64,000 bases of DNA, taken from NCBI GenBank assembly GCA_976551045.1, contig CDPCPM010000037.1, forward strand, positions 22,754,001 through 22,818,000. The letters are read 5' to 3'. The stretch's first letter is position 1. Each line of letters begins with the position of its first letter. The stretch is from Glaucostegus cemiculus (taxonomy: Eukaryota). Below are positions 36,701 through 50,394 of the stretch, in pieces. A program made the translations under genes and the position numbers. The notes under the pieces were generated by a model. The model did not search any database and was not told where the DNA came from. It saw only the letters and a program-made list of their open reading frames with translations.

Positions 36701-39700
36701 TAAATTGAAGATGTTTACTGCACACATAATTTGGAATGCAGATAAGATCATGCAATTTGCCTGGAATTTGGTGCAAGACCAATATCCCGCAAGTATTTTT
36801 GAAGTTATAAATGGGTCATTTCTAGTGACAGAAACTGACCTCATTTTTATCGTAAGTTCTCTGAAATTAAATCCCTTCCTATAATATTGGTAGTGGGTGC
36901 CTATTGTGTACAGTTTACCAGTGGAGTTGGGTTGTCTGGAAATCATGGTACTTGAGCTATGCAAGTATTCTTATTCAAAGTAGATGGATGTCAGGATCAT
37001 CTGCAGATTTTTTTTCTTTGCACTTTACTGTAAACATTGCTGTAGTTTCTGCACTGCTTGTTCTTGCTGAAAGCTTGCATAATATGGTATTCCAGGACCT
37101 CTTTACCGTCGGATATTCCTTTAGAATGCTGTTCTGTGCATAGAAGTGGCACTGGCCAGGGATCATAGGAAAGGAGTGTTGCACGAGGAATAATGTCATC
37201 ACATGCATCCATCATACCAAAACTACATCAGAGTCACCTGGTTGACTCTTGACATGAAGTGAATTTCCTGCTTGTCATGACATATCTAGAAATGGTTGTA
37301 AATCCGATTTACTTCAGTTTAAATTGATTTTCAACCAGATAATAGGGAGAAGAAGAGTGCTCAAAGATCCCAGTTTCTAACCACATTTGTCATTGACACA
37401 ACAGTAGAAAACATCAGGTCTATGGACTTGGAAGCTTTTCATTTCTGATGTATAAATAATTCACTTCTGATACCATACAATCCTGTAAAACCTTTCCATG
37501 ACCCTCAAAAATACTACACGTGTATTATGATTTATCATTCCCAAAGTAAACTAAAGCATTTAAATCTGATTATATTGTATTTCTACACATGGTACCAGTA
37601 TCACTCCACAACCTATTAAACAGCCTGTGCCATAATTTTATTTCACTATTGCATTTAGAATAGATTATATATTGAACATTCAGTTCCCATTTGATGTTGT
37701 TGCCCAAGGCCTTCAAGGAGAAGCATGAGAGAGGTTGGAAATGATTTTTAAAATTGTGGACATCTTATATAAATTTTATTGATTAGCCACAAAAAGCATG
37801 GCCACTCAAGTTTCTCACTGAGCAGTGTTATTGAGGAATTGTGTGTAGTTTTAAAAGAATCTGGTAAGGTGATTTGGTTTTATGTCCTAACTTTCTGGAA
37901 ATAAATACTATTTTCCTTGTGTGAAATAATCTTGTTTGGCTTTTCATCAAATGTGCATTGCTGCATATGCCATGTATCACTGAACTGTGAAATTAAAGCT
38001 TTTCACAGGACCAGCAGTGGCTGCCAAATGGGTTCCCTTTATTGGGATTAAAGGGATTTTATTGAGGCAATTTGCATTGATAAATATCATAAATATTTAA
38101 AATCATTGGAAATTCAGCAGAAAATGTTCAAATCTCCAATCATCAATTCAGCATATGGAATTATATCCTTTTGCACATTTTGTATAGGGTAGAAAGCATT
38201 GCTGATATTATTTGTACCTTTTTAATGAAGGTAATGTTTAATTGAAAGATCTCTAACCAAGGCTGACCTACATTTCAGGAATATTTTTAGAATGTGCATG
38301 GATCACACCTGTAGTTAAATTGAACTAGAATTATCTAGTCCAGCAATTCAGCATGAGAGCAGAAACTTAACGGGGCCAATTTTCATCTTCAGCTCTTTGT
38401 TAAAGAGTGATGCAAGAGTAAAGTGCTAACAGCCTCCAATTCTCAGGTGTGTACTGACTTGCAGAATAATTCACAACAACAGGGCAGACTCAGAGAGGAT
38501 ACAAATGATGGGAGAGGAAAATGTTCTGAAAATCCAATTTAAAGGTAAGGGGCTAATTAAAGGAAGATTTCAAAATGGGAGAATGAAAAATTAGAAAGCC
38601 TCTAGAACCAGTGCAAATGTTCTCGATATTTGCCATGAGTGAAAGTTGGCATTTATGAGATGGCAGGCTTTATTCCACAGGAATTACTATGCTCAGTGCG
38701 CACACTGACATGAAAATGCTTTTAACATTGCTGGGTATTCCAAAACATTGGTTTGGTAGTTCTCACATACTTTTGTTCTTTTGTAGCTTAAGTGTTCTTG
38801 CATTTTAGGTGACAAGAACAAGGTAATGCAAGAAGCTGCACTTGATAACAAATTAGGTTGGAAGCGTTCAACAGGGTGTCAAATTCTATCAAATTGTTTT
38901 AAATAGAGGGGGAAATTTGTTAAGTGAATAAAAATGTGTTGAGAATGTTTTTACTTAAGTAAATTTTGTTTTAGAAAATGCACAAGGGAAGTATTTTGGG
39001 AACTTGATTGTCGTAATGTGGAGTCAATTCAGACATTCAATGTTTCTGAGATCCTGTTGATAAATGAAATTAGAATTTAGACATTCAATTGACTTTCAGC
39101 CAAATTAAGAGCATTTTCTGCAACTATCTATATTTGGTTTGGTATAACTGTTGTCAAATAGCTTCTGTCTTATCACTGGATCATCCACTGACCACACCAC
39201 CGATGTATGGAGTAACCCACTCAGAAATGTCGCAGAATCAGAAGTTGGCTAACTGATTACAAACTTCCTCATGGCTCTGCCATAAACCAGCTTATGATGT
39301 GAACAACATCAAACTGAATGTGATCTGGATGACTAATATATCAAGCAAACTAGGAGGATCAGGACAGATCAAGTCAGACTGCTTATTTTATGCACGTTCA
39401 TTCATTTCAAAGACCATGTTGATTTGACATGTGAATGGGATAATTTTGTTTGATCAAATTGATTCACACAATTGAAATGGTCAATTTTGTTTTGAAATGC
39501 AGATCTTGAAGACTTCAGCATTTTAATTACAAGGCCACGAAGAATGTTGGTTGATGGGACATTTGAATGCTAGATTCCCGCACCTGGTAGGTAGTATGAC
39601 TGGATTCTGGTTTTGAATATTTTAAACTTTTACTACCCTATTTGCTGGTGTTGAATAATAACTAAATGGTTTGTGAGTGAACTGATGCAATATTGTTCAA

Positions 39701-40899
39701 TAACATGTTTAATAAACATGTCACAATGAATATCAAAAAGCAAGCTGGCTTTATGCTGTTTAGAAGTGGCATTACTGAAAGTTAGAATTAGACATGACTG
39801 ATTCATAGATTATTTTATAGTTGAGAAAACATCTAAGAGAGAATATACATTACACATTTAAATGAAGATTTTAATGTCCATGCCTGCTTGGAACAGGATG
39901 GTAACAGTTAAAGTGCAGGGCCAAATACTGCCCCCATTCTTGGTCAATGTCACAGAAACCCACAGTATTTTTAGGTGCTCACCAATAAAAGGCCAGATAT
40001 CCCAGGAATATATGCAAATCAGAATGCATTGAAGTCATTGAAATTCCAATCAATTTTCAGTGTAATTCCTTATCAGCACTAAAATTTCTGGGTAACTGCT
40101 AGCAAGGCTACTTGCTCAGAGTCATTAAAAGCAATAAAAATATATGCTGTCTGCAAGCACTTAGATCATATAAATGTTTACTGTTGCATTTTTGAAATGT
40201 TCTGTTTTTGTTCTATTTGTATGTGCTCAATACCTATTGTTTACAATGGATGTCACTCATATGACTTCCATTTATACAAGAGGAAGAATAGCACAGCTGG
40301 CTACTAGCTGTCATGAGTACATTAGAAAGTAGTCTTCATGGAAGACCATAGTCAGCCAAAAAGATCTAAAGAAAGAGACTGACTTCCCTCAAACTGGCTG
40401 AACATCAGTCCAGAAGGAGACCAGGAGGAGGTTACACATCCAAGCCATTTTGGGTTTGTGTATCTTATCCAAAAAGAGTTATGGCCTGCTGGGCCAAGTG
40501 GTTATGCATGACCAGTGCCATAAAATTAGCTGCAGCCTTTTGCATCTGTGACTCAGTTACTTTCTAAGCAGCCATGAGGGACAGTCCCTCCATCTGTCAA
40601 TTTACTATCTGTAAGTGTGTCAGTTATTTAATATTCATTAATCCCTTTTTGCCAGCACTGTTGATTATGTATACTTCTAACTGGAAGAACGTACCAGAAT
40701 GAGAGAGATGGGATTTGCACTCACTCTTTTTTCATGTGATGTGGGCATTGTTGGCAAGACCACTATTTAAAACTCATCTCCAATTGATGAGGGAGAGCTG
40801 CCGCCTTCAGTTGCTGCCATTGTTATGTCTGTTGCTATACTACTGGGCAGGATTTGTGTATCAGGCCAAGGGCACGACCCTGAAGAACTCCTGCAGTGG

Positions 40900-41620
40900 T
40901 ATCCTGGTGCCTTTACCTGCTTTAGTCATTGACTTTCCCCCATCATAAGTGGGAATATTCACCGAAGATTGGACAGTGATTGGCCATCTGCACACTTCAG
41001 GTATGGAAGCACTATTTGTCCACATCCACATAAAGCTGGACCACGTTCAAACTTGGTTTGATTGTTGAGTCAGTTGCAGACTGTGCTCAGGAAGCTAACA
41101 AGGCACGAGAAAACCAGCCAGCAGTATTTGTTAACAGGAAAAACTTTAATTCCTCAACCATGCATCTGTCAGTGATGAATAGCATCAGAACAGAAGAATA
41201 TGTGTTCAGTTTCCAGACAGATGTTGGGACCCAGTGTCAATCCTCCATTTTCTCTACCTGTCACAGAATGACTCCCCTATGACAATGGACATCGCCTCTG
41301 TACATGGATGGTAGCATCCCTCATAACCCCAGCTTTCCTGTACTGAGGAGTACAGACAGAATTACCAAAATAATTAGGAGGATGGTCAAGCACAATCTGC
41401 AGTTGAGTTAGTTATAAACCATGGAGTTATGCTGCATGTTACATAATGTTTGTCATACTCGGAGGTTTATATGTTGTGGTGGAGCAGAAGAAAGAAGTCC
41501 ACTCACTGGTAAGTTGAGGCTTGGGTGAAGATGAGGAAACAACAGGAAAGGGAGGTTGTTCTAAACAAGGTCGCAATCTCAAGTCCAATAGGTGTTCGGG
41601 TTACTTGTTTTCAGATGCCC
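40900..41620 (+). mobile_element. PIF/Harbinger DDE transposase remnant (HARBI1-like)
   Basis: ORF 41058-41282 ADCAQEANKARENQPAVFVNRKNFNS aligns with the Harbinger motif IDCTHVAIKAP...FVNRKGFHS. Downstream DNGHRLCTWM (GDxGYPLxxWL) and CCMLHN at about 41429-41446 are in the expected order. Disrupted by stops and frameshifts. Confidence 0.75.
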
Positions 41621-42044
41621 AGTCAAATCTAAATGAGGCCTATTAGGCCGATAATATTGGATAATTTTGCTGCTTGCTCCTTTTAACACAACTCCTTCCT
41701 CCCACCCCCAACTCTTCCTCCACCTTGCCAAAATCTGCAGCTGGCTCACAATCCCCACTTGATGTTGATTTGAACTATGTACTGAAGCAAGACCAGTGCA
41801 ATATAAATAGCCTGCAGTGTAAACAGAGTGAGAGGTTAACTTTCAGAGCTTTGCACCGTAAGCATATCGAACCTTGACAATGCAGGCTGCATTTGTAGTA
41901 CAACTCTTACCCTGTCATAAAACACAAGCCTTTACACCAAACTGTAATCTATAATGTGGCTGCATCCTAAAATAACATTAGATGGAAGCTAAAAGGCTTT
42001 GAAGACTTTGATACTGATGTTTCCATCATTTTAAATGTGGAAAA

Positions 42045-42300
42045 GGTTAAAGGAGATTCACGAGGCAAGTTTTGTTTTACACAGAGAGTGGTAGGTGCCT
42101 GGAACATGCTGCAGGGGAGATGGTATGAGCAGATACAGAGCAACAGTTAAGAAACATTTAGACAGACACATGAACAGGCAGGGAATAAAGGGATGCAGAC
42201 CATGTGCAGGCAGAGGAGATTAGCTGAAATTGGCATCATGGTTGGTGCAGTTGTGATGGGCTGAAGGACCTGCTCCTGTTCTATGCTCTTCTGTGTTCCA
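42045..42300 (+). mobile_element. CR1/HER1 3' end
   Basis: ttttacacagagagtggtaggtgcctggaac...ttaagaaacatttagacagacacatgaacagg...gatgggctgaaggacctg. Confidence 0.85.
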
Positions 42301-42939
42301 TTTGCAATGTAAAACCCATGTTCTTGTGTGAATAGGAGTAAATAATACTTTCTCAAAATATGCAATGCCAATGAGAGATACATCTTTCTCCTTTGATCTT
42401 TCCTGCTGCTTTAATACTGGTGATAGCTTGTTAAAAATGAATGTTGACATTATACTTGATCAGTATGAAAACATTTTTCATGGGTCATGAAGATTATTTC
42501 AGTACTGTCCAGTCCTTATGTTTGTACCTCCATTCATAATGTGTAATGTTTGCTTTGATTCTGAGAAGTACTAAGGAATTTGGGTCCCCTGTTGCAGATC
42601 TATTTGATCTGAGCAAGAAAGGGTTTCTCTCTCCCTTACCCAAACTTTGGGTGCAGCTCAGTCCAAGATGGAAGCCACATAAATGTTTGCCAACCCCACA
42701 AGCCCAAAGTACCCCCGCCACATTCCTGCATCTCCATCTGCTGAATCCCAATCATCTTTAATTTTATTTTTATAATTATATTTTAAAAAAGTATAACCTT
42801 GAGCAAACATGTATAAACATAAATCTTGTTGCAAGCAAAAGGTCCTTTGCCCTACCAGTGCACTCCAGTTTTAACTCCGGGAGATAACTCTGTAGTTAAA
42901 CCTGGATGGAGCAGAAAATTGGCAAGGACATAGACACTG

Positions 42940-43266
42940 GCAGCTTGTATCCTGCTGATGTAAGACTATTGAACGGACGTTGAATAATTATGAGGATTGT
43001 TATATAATAGATAATAGTTGTACTTTGTATGATAAAGGTGAGCTCTTGACCTCGCAATCTACCTTGTCATGGCCCTTGCACCTTATTGACTACCTGCACT
43101 GCACTTTCTCTGTACCAGTAACTGTAACACTATATTCTGCATTCTGTTATTGCTTTTCTCTTTACTACTTCGATGTACTTATGTTTTGAAATGATCTGTG
43201 TGGACGGCATGCAAAACAAAGTTTTCCACTGTATCTCAGTACATGTGACAATAATAAACCAATTAC
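42940..43266 (+). mobile_element. Rex1/Babar-type LINE 3' end
   Basis: cagcttgtatcctgctgatgtaagactattgaac followed by a 3' UTR homologous to 12350-12603, ending tgacaataataaaccaattac. Confidence 0.8.
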
Positions 43267-44609
43267 TATTTACAGGATTCTTGTCTTGATGTATCTGTCC
43301 CATACAAAACCAAAGGTGGCATGAAAGGCAGGACCAGCTACTATGAGCATGGGAGAGCCACATTCCTGACCTCCCAGATGATGATTAAATCATTGGAAGT
43401 CAGTATACTGGATGAAACCAGCACCTTTGTCTTAGCATTTTGAGGAGCTGGTGTTCAATTGGGGCTCCCAGCAGGGATTGTGGTCTGGACTCCAAAGATA
43501 AATTAGCAATTTTCTTTACATGATAGGATAACCTCACAAAATATTTGTAGTCTGCATAGTTGCTGGATTTAAATTCCTTTGACATTTTGAAATGTCACTT
43601 CAATACTGTTCATCTTTAATTGGATTCACATTATCATCACTTGGAAACTGAGCATCTTTAATGATCCCCTCCCCACCTCCCTTTTTACACTCAGAGCAAT
43701 TACTGGTTCTGCAGTTTGCTCTGCCTGCCTTGCAGTTTAGAATTCTTGCAATGTTGTTTCCACTCATTGAACCACTGAACATATAAAACAAAATGAGGCC
43801 CATTGATTGATGTGTCCAGAAAACCTTGCCTCTGAGTGTTCAAATTGCTCTTCTAAGTCCCAGTGGTATGCCAAGATATATGTTGCTCGCAAAGGATGTT
43901 TAAGTATCAAGATAATTAAGTAATGTGGATTTTGGGAGACTCAACATTAAGAAACATCATATTGCTTTTACTGCAGGTCATGATCATTATTGTCAAGCTT
44001 TATAATGTGCATTATCATTTGTGTTAAGATTCATTGCACACTTAACACAGATGGAAGATGTGCATTAAGTGTCATCATCATAATTGCTTTATGAAATGAA
44101 TTTTTAAAGTCCTTAAATGAGAAAAATTATTAACCAAATGTTCTGATTTTATTTTTTTACAAAAAAAACCACATTCTTTTGAAGCCTTTTTACATTTGTT
44201 AACCTGAGGCTAAAGAGTTAAGTTAATAACCAAGTCTTTCACTATGATGGATGGGAAAATCAGGTGGTAAAATGTACATTCCCCACAGATATGCTGAAAT
44301 TTCTCTGTGGATAGTGATAAATGTATTTGTTTCAAAGTCTAGCATGTGTTGATTTGAATTAAGCAATTTAAAAATACACACGAGGTGACATATTGTTAAA
44401 TTGAACATTATTAGTTGCTTTGAGGACAATTTCTTTTCTCCATGAAACCATGATTTTGGCCAAGTATTTTGGGCATCTTCCCTGCCTTTCCTTTTGTTGG
44501 GCTTGTTGTTAAATTTTATTGGCTAATACTCCTACGAAATGCCTTGGAGCACTTTAGTATGTTAAAGGCATTCTACATATACAAGTTGTTGAACTTTCAA
44601 TTAGCTCTG

Positions 44610-45290
44610 CTCTTCCACAAGTTTTCCTACACCGGCAATTCCATCCAAATACCTAAATGTTGTGGAAGTGCTGCCCCCATCACCTCAGAAATGTATTTCA
44701 GATTGTAACCATCTTCTGGGTTAAAAAAAAATCCTCCTCTCAAACCTCTTATTCCACTATGTCTTTGATCTTAGACACTTCTGCCATGGGGAAAAGTTGC
44801 TTACTATCCCATCTTATCTATGTCTCTCCTAATTTTGTATCAAAAATTGAACATTGCAGCATGGAAGCAGGCCCTTTGGCTCACGATGATGTCATGATGC
44901 CAATCTAAACAAATCCCATCCACCTGCACAAGGTCCATATCCCTTTACTCCCTGACTGTTCAAAGGACTGTCTAAATACTTCTTAAAATGTTGCTAGCAT
45001 ATTTGCTTCTGATTTTTTTGTTTTTTGTTTGTGTGTATTGTACATCTTCTGTTCTATGTATGTCCTCCGTTGTGTGAGTCTGGCGGAAACGACATTTCGT
45101 TCTGCCATGCGTTTTTATAGCATGGATGAATGACAATAAAGTAATTTGAAATGCACTCGAACTTGAATTCTACCACTTCCCTTGGCAGTGCATTCCAGCT
45201 GTCTTAAAAACAACTTGCCTCATAAATCTCATCAATCTACTTTAAACTTTCCATCTCTCACCTTAAAGCTATGCCCTCCAGTATTTGATG
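44610..45290 (-). mobile_element. Two adjacent antisense CR1 3' fragments (about 44610-44835 and 44845-45290)
   Basis: gcaggccctttggctcacga...aatcccatccacctgcac...ccatatccct...ctgtctaaatacttcttaaa...accacttcccttggcagtgcattccag...ccttaaagctatgccctc is antisense CR1. Confidence 0.75.
45011..45167 (+). mobile_element. Young short retro-insertion nested in CR1 (LINE 3' UTR-like)
   Basis: Interrupts the CR1 sequence and is flanked by ttct at 45007-45010 and 45168-45171. It retains CpGs and ends tgacaataaa followed by ttgaa-type repeats. Confidence 0.6.
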
Positions 45291-45859
45291 AGTACTGAAA
45301 ATATAGTTTTACAGGTATGGAATCACATTCCCTCAGATTTAAATCATTGTTGAATGTCTTACAGTACATATAAAATTTATTTTTTCCACATCTCCCTTTT
45401 ATATCGGTATGCTATCTTTATTCCTACCACACCATACCCCTTCATTTTGCTTTGCACATAGGATATTTAATTTATTGTAAAATTATAATTTAAATTTCCT
45501 GCTTTATGTTCTGCATAATAGAAATTTATTGATTTTGTGAAACAATACAAATAGAAAATAAAAGAAATAAGTACAAGAGCTCCTCAGATTATGGATGACC
45601 CTACTTGAGGAAATCCAACTTTATGCAAATTATTCCATTCATTTCTAAAGCATTTTTCAATATAGTAATAACAATAAAATGTTTTGGTAGTGTTGGAGTG
45701 AATATTTGAATAAATGAAAAAAATTATAGCAAGTGTACGCAGAGCGATATGGGTTATTATAGAAAACAGATGTTTCTGACTTTTATAGAAGTTGGCTTAC
45801 AGACAGTTCTCATGAATGGAACCCTCGTGTAACCCAGGGACTGCCTGTGTAAGTAAAGA

Positions 45860-47297
45860 AGTAATACTAGAGAAGTTAATGTGGCCAAAAGAACTGATAA
45901 ATCCCAAGAACTTGGTGGTCTACAACCGAGAATTTTGAAAGAGGTGCTTAAAATGATAATGGATACTCTGGTTATCATTTTCCATAATCTGGTTGACTTT
46001 GGAATGGTTCCTGCAGATGGGAGGATAACTCGTGTTAGCCCATAATTTAGGAAAGGAGGCATAGAAAAAAAACAGGGACCTTTTAGCCTGATGTCACTAG
46101 TAGAGAAAAATCTGGAATTCATAATAAGGTATGTGATTTCAAGTCACTTAGAAAATAACATGATTGAATGGTGTCAACATGGACTTATAGAAGAGCTATT
46201 ATGCTTGATAATCTATTGGAGTTCTTTAAGAATGCATCCCGTAAACTAGATGACAAGGAACCAGTCTTGTATTTGGATTCTCAGATGCTTTCGATAAGGC
46301 TCCACGTGCAGTTGAAAAATAGACTACATTGTATAAGGGTAATATACTAGCTTGATTTCAGAGTTAGTTAACAGTGAGAAAATAAGGTGTAAGAATAATA
46401 GAATCCATCTCAAGCCGTTAAGTTGTGACTAATGCATTACCACAGGCATCAGTGTTTGGGCCGCAACCATTCACAATCTACATCCTTAATTTTGCTTAAG
46501 GTGGCCAAATGTACCATTTCCAATTTTGCTGAAAACACAAAATTAAGTGGGGAATGTATGAAGTGATAGGGATGCAAAGGGGCTTCAAGGGGATACGGAC
46601 AAGCTGAATGAGAAGGCAACAAATTGCTAGATAGAGTACAATGCGGAAAAATATCAGGTTATCAATGATGCTATGAAAAACAAAAATACTGAGTTTTTTA
46701 AAGTGTTGAGTTATTGAGAAATGCAGATGTTCAAAGAGATCTGGTGTCCTTTAATGCAAATCACTAAAAACTAACACAAAGGTGCAGCAAGCAATTACGG
46801 AAGCAAGTAGTCTGTTGACTAATGTTGCTCGAGATTTTGAGTATAAGACTAAACATTGTACTACAATTATATGGGTTTTTATGTGCAACTTTGGTTTCCT
46901 GGGATGTTGAGTCTGTCAAATGATGAGAGATTGAGTAAACTCTGCCTCCATTCCATAAAAGGTTAAGAGATTATCTGATTGAAACATGCAAAATTCATAG
47001 AGGGCTCAGCAGGGTTGATGCAAGGAGGATATTTTCCCCCTGACTTGGGTGTCTAAAACTAGGGGTCACAGTCTTAAAATACGCAGTAGAACGTTTAGGA
47101 CTGAATTGAGGTCAAATTCCTTCATTGAAAAGGTGCTGAGTCTTCATAATTCTCTAACCCAGAAGGTTTTGGAGGTTGCTGGATTTCTAAGGGAATCAAG
47201 GGATAAGGGGGTAGGTCACAAAAATGACGTTGAGATAGAAGATCAGCCATGATTTTGTGAAAAGGGAGAGTGACCTGTTCTGCTTCTATTTCTTATA
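45860..47297 (+). mobile_element. CR1 LINE ORF2 (RT domain to 3' UTR), ~1.45 kb, degraded
   Basis: DKSxxLGGLQPRILKEV, VPADGRI (VPxDWR), LMSLVEKNLE (LTSVVGKxLE), NLLEFF, LPQASVFGP (VPQGSVLGP), NFAENTKL (KFADDTKL), VQRDL and KTRGHSLKI occur in order. Confidence 0.9.
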
Positions 47298-50200
47298 AAT
47301 TTGCACATACAGTGACTCTGCAGTGTATTCCTCTTACTAAATTCAGTCGCAGTGATTTCAATGGTGCTGAATTTTGGATTAATCCTCAGACTCGCCACCT
47401 AAGTACAATGCAGATTTGCTCTGGACAGCAGATTCTAGCTGCCCTTCTGACGTTATCACTTGTCACTCAATGATCACCTGGTGCACCCTTCATAATTGCC
47501 TAATCAACTTTGGATGGATTGGGATGTTGGCAACTTGAAAAGAGTGAGTATTACTGGGTACTGCTTGTTGGATGTTGCATTTCAGCACTAGAAACAGATG
47601 GAGAATGATATTGGAATTTTTGTCTGCAAGAAGCCATTTCAAAGGTTTCATAACTAATATTGTTCATTGTGATGGTGTCTGGCAGGATGTGAATGAATAC
47701 ATTTGTGATTAATTGAATGAATGAAAGGAGAATAGAAACACCATTCACCAAAGTCCATGCCCTTTATATTTGTACTTCCTCTCCTCCCTCCACGCCCATA
47801 TTGAAGGCAAGTTATTCAAAATTGTACACTCACCTTCTAATTAAGTTTGCACCTTCCTTTCAAATGGTCCTACCAGCAATCAGTACAATCAACAGTACTG
47901 AGATGTTAGAAATTAATAGAACACAGAAAAGAATCCAAGTAAATGTTCAGCTTGTATCCACACTTGTGTGCAAGTAATTCAGTATACATCTTACAGATGA
48001 GATAATATTTCTAGTCTCACCCTTCAAAATGGGAAAATGACATCAGTTTCAAAAGAAATAATGATGAAGTGTGCCTTGAGATGTTTAAGCAGGTTTATGT
48101 AGTCTGGAAAGAGGCATTTTGAGTGCCTTCTGTGCAGCTTCATTTTTGCTTTAATACGATTTGGAGCCTGCATTATCTGTCCATTTACTTGGTAAAATGA
48201 GGATGTGGTCTGCCTTACCTTGACAGGTGTCCTCGGGCTATTAATTGTCGTTTTGCCTCTGCTGTCACATTCTTTAACTGTTGCATGTGGCTTCATCTGG
48301 TGCAGATGACATGGAGCACCTGTGGCGCCAAGTGCCTGAGCATTTCGGAAGGAGCAACCCTTCACTGCAGCATTTATTTCACCACATCTCCAAAACCACA
48401 GCACAAAATGGAGGTAATCTGCATCCTTGACCTGTTATTTCCAGACATGCCCAGCAAGAATCAAGGTGTCTCTTTTAAACACCAGCTGCAGCTCAATATG
48501 GGCCAGGCGCTCACCAAGCAGAATTAATTAGGACATTGTGAAATCCAGCAAGGTTGGCCCAGTGTGACTTTGGCAAGCACAAAGCTCATTCTGCTGTGGT
48601 CTAACTATATAAGCAACAAAACTGGGAAACATCCTATTGAGAGCAAATTCTCCCGAATAAGCTGTTAAGATATGGAAGCTGTTTAATCATTCTCACTGGC
48701 ATCCAGAATGAAGTTACTAATATCCAATTACACCAAAATATCTTGAGAATGGAGTGGTGAGCAACCAGTTACTGAAGGACATTGTAACTGTAACAGATGT
48801 TTTCAGCAACTTGGCGGTTTCATTGAATATCAAGGCCAGAGACCTGAAGGCAGGCACAAGGCTTGCTTCTAAAGATAGATCACATTGAGTTGTTTCCTCA
48901 GATATTTCTTGCCTCCTTGAGATTGTTCGTTTTCTTCAGAACCCTGTGAAGTAAATCATTCTTGCCATTCACATGACCTCTTGCTATTATTATACAATCA
49001 AAGCTTTTCTCAACAAATACAATTCAGTTTTTGCAGTGGGTTAATCAAAATGGATATAATGGGGAATAGAACTGACCAGCATCTGATTTTAAAGTATAGG
49101 CAGAAGTTCCAAGTGGGAAAATTGGTTGCAATGTTCAAGTTGGGGGCATTTATTAGTATGGCAACTGCAACAGTCAATAATGTTTCAATGGAATTTTTTG
49201 ACCTCAAATGAGCTCAGATAAAGTCATAGAGTCATTGACTTGTACAGGACGGAAGTAGGCCCTTCAGCCCAAATTGATAGTGTGATACTGTTCATCAAAG
49301 CTACTGCATATGCTCAAATATAACCTCTGGAACAAATACTGGGAACTTGTGAAGACTTGTTTCCAAGTAATCCTCGTCATTGTATCCATAAACAACTATT
49401 TATCTTCACCATGTTCTCAATAAATATACTTCCCCTTAGCAACAGAGATGGATATTGGTGCCAACTTTGTGCTTATTTTTGGGTGTGAGGTGGGCACAAG
49501 ACATACTAATTTAGCAGTGGAGCAATCTGTGCCATATGCAAGAATCTTGGAACATCATCCAATGTTTAAAAGTGCTATATAAGTGGAAGGACTTTTTGGT
49601 GAGTACTCAAACTTGGCTGCCTATACAGTTTGTGAAATTCCTCCCAGATGCTTTGAAATCCACAAGATATTTGACTTGGCAAAGGTGTGGAAAATTACCA
49701 TTTTCCATGCACTGTGGATTGTGCATCTTTGCAGTTCCTGGCCAACCCTGAGGTACTGAAATTTTCCATCCTCTGGTACAATTACTCACTCAGCACATTT
49801 ACATTGGAAATTCTAGGGGGTGTCTTGGCTTGGCTCCTCTTGAAGCTAATAGTGTGTTTGCTGCTGAAAATCAATAGTCAGCTATTCTGCAGTGTAAAAA
49901 CTTAAAGGAATCTTCAGAATTGATGGTGCATGCATTCAATCTTGCAGCATCAATCGGTCTCCAATCCCCATCCCACCACCACTGACCAAAAGCAAAAGTG
50001 AGAGATTAGATGTCATTTACGATTTTTGTGATTGTAACAGCATTCTAGCATCATTATTGAAATGGAAATTGAGCAGCATCTACATTAATTTGTTGTTTGA
50101 TTTGTAAAAGTTTACAAACCCCATCTTTTGTGCTATTGTACTTTGGTTACACATATTAGCCACGTATATAAGTGTACACTGGTGAACAAGGTGAGATGAA

Positions 50201-50394
50201 TTTGTTCTGCAAATTAAACAAGTTGATTTCGGAATGCAGATGTGGTTTACAGCTTTGGATACTATTAAAGCACTTGGTGTGTCATTGCACCAGGATCTCC
50301 ACTCTGACCTTGAAAAATCCTGGTTTGCATTCAAAAGGGAGTAAACTGCTCCTCTTTCAATGTCACAATGGCAAGGGATTTAACTTTGGCCAGT

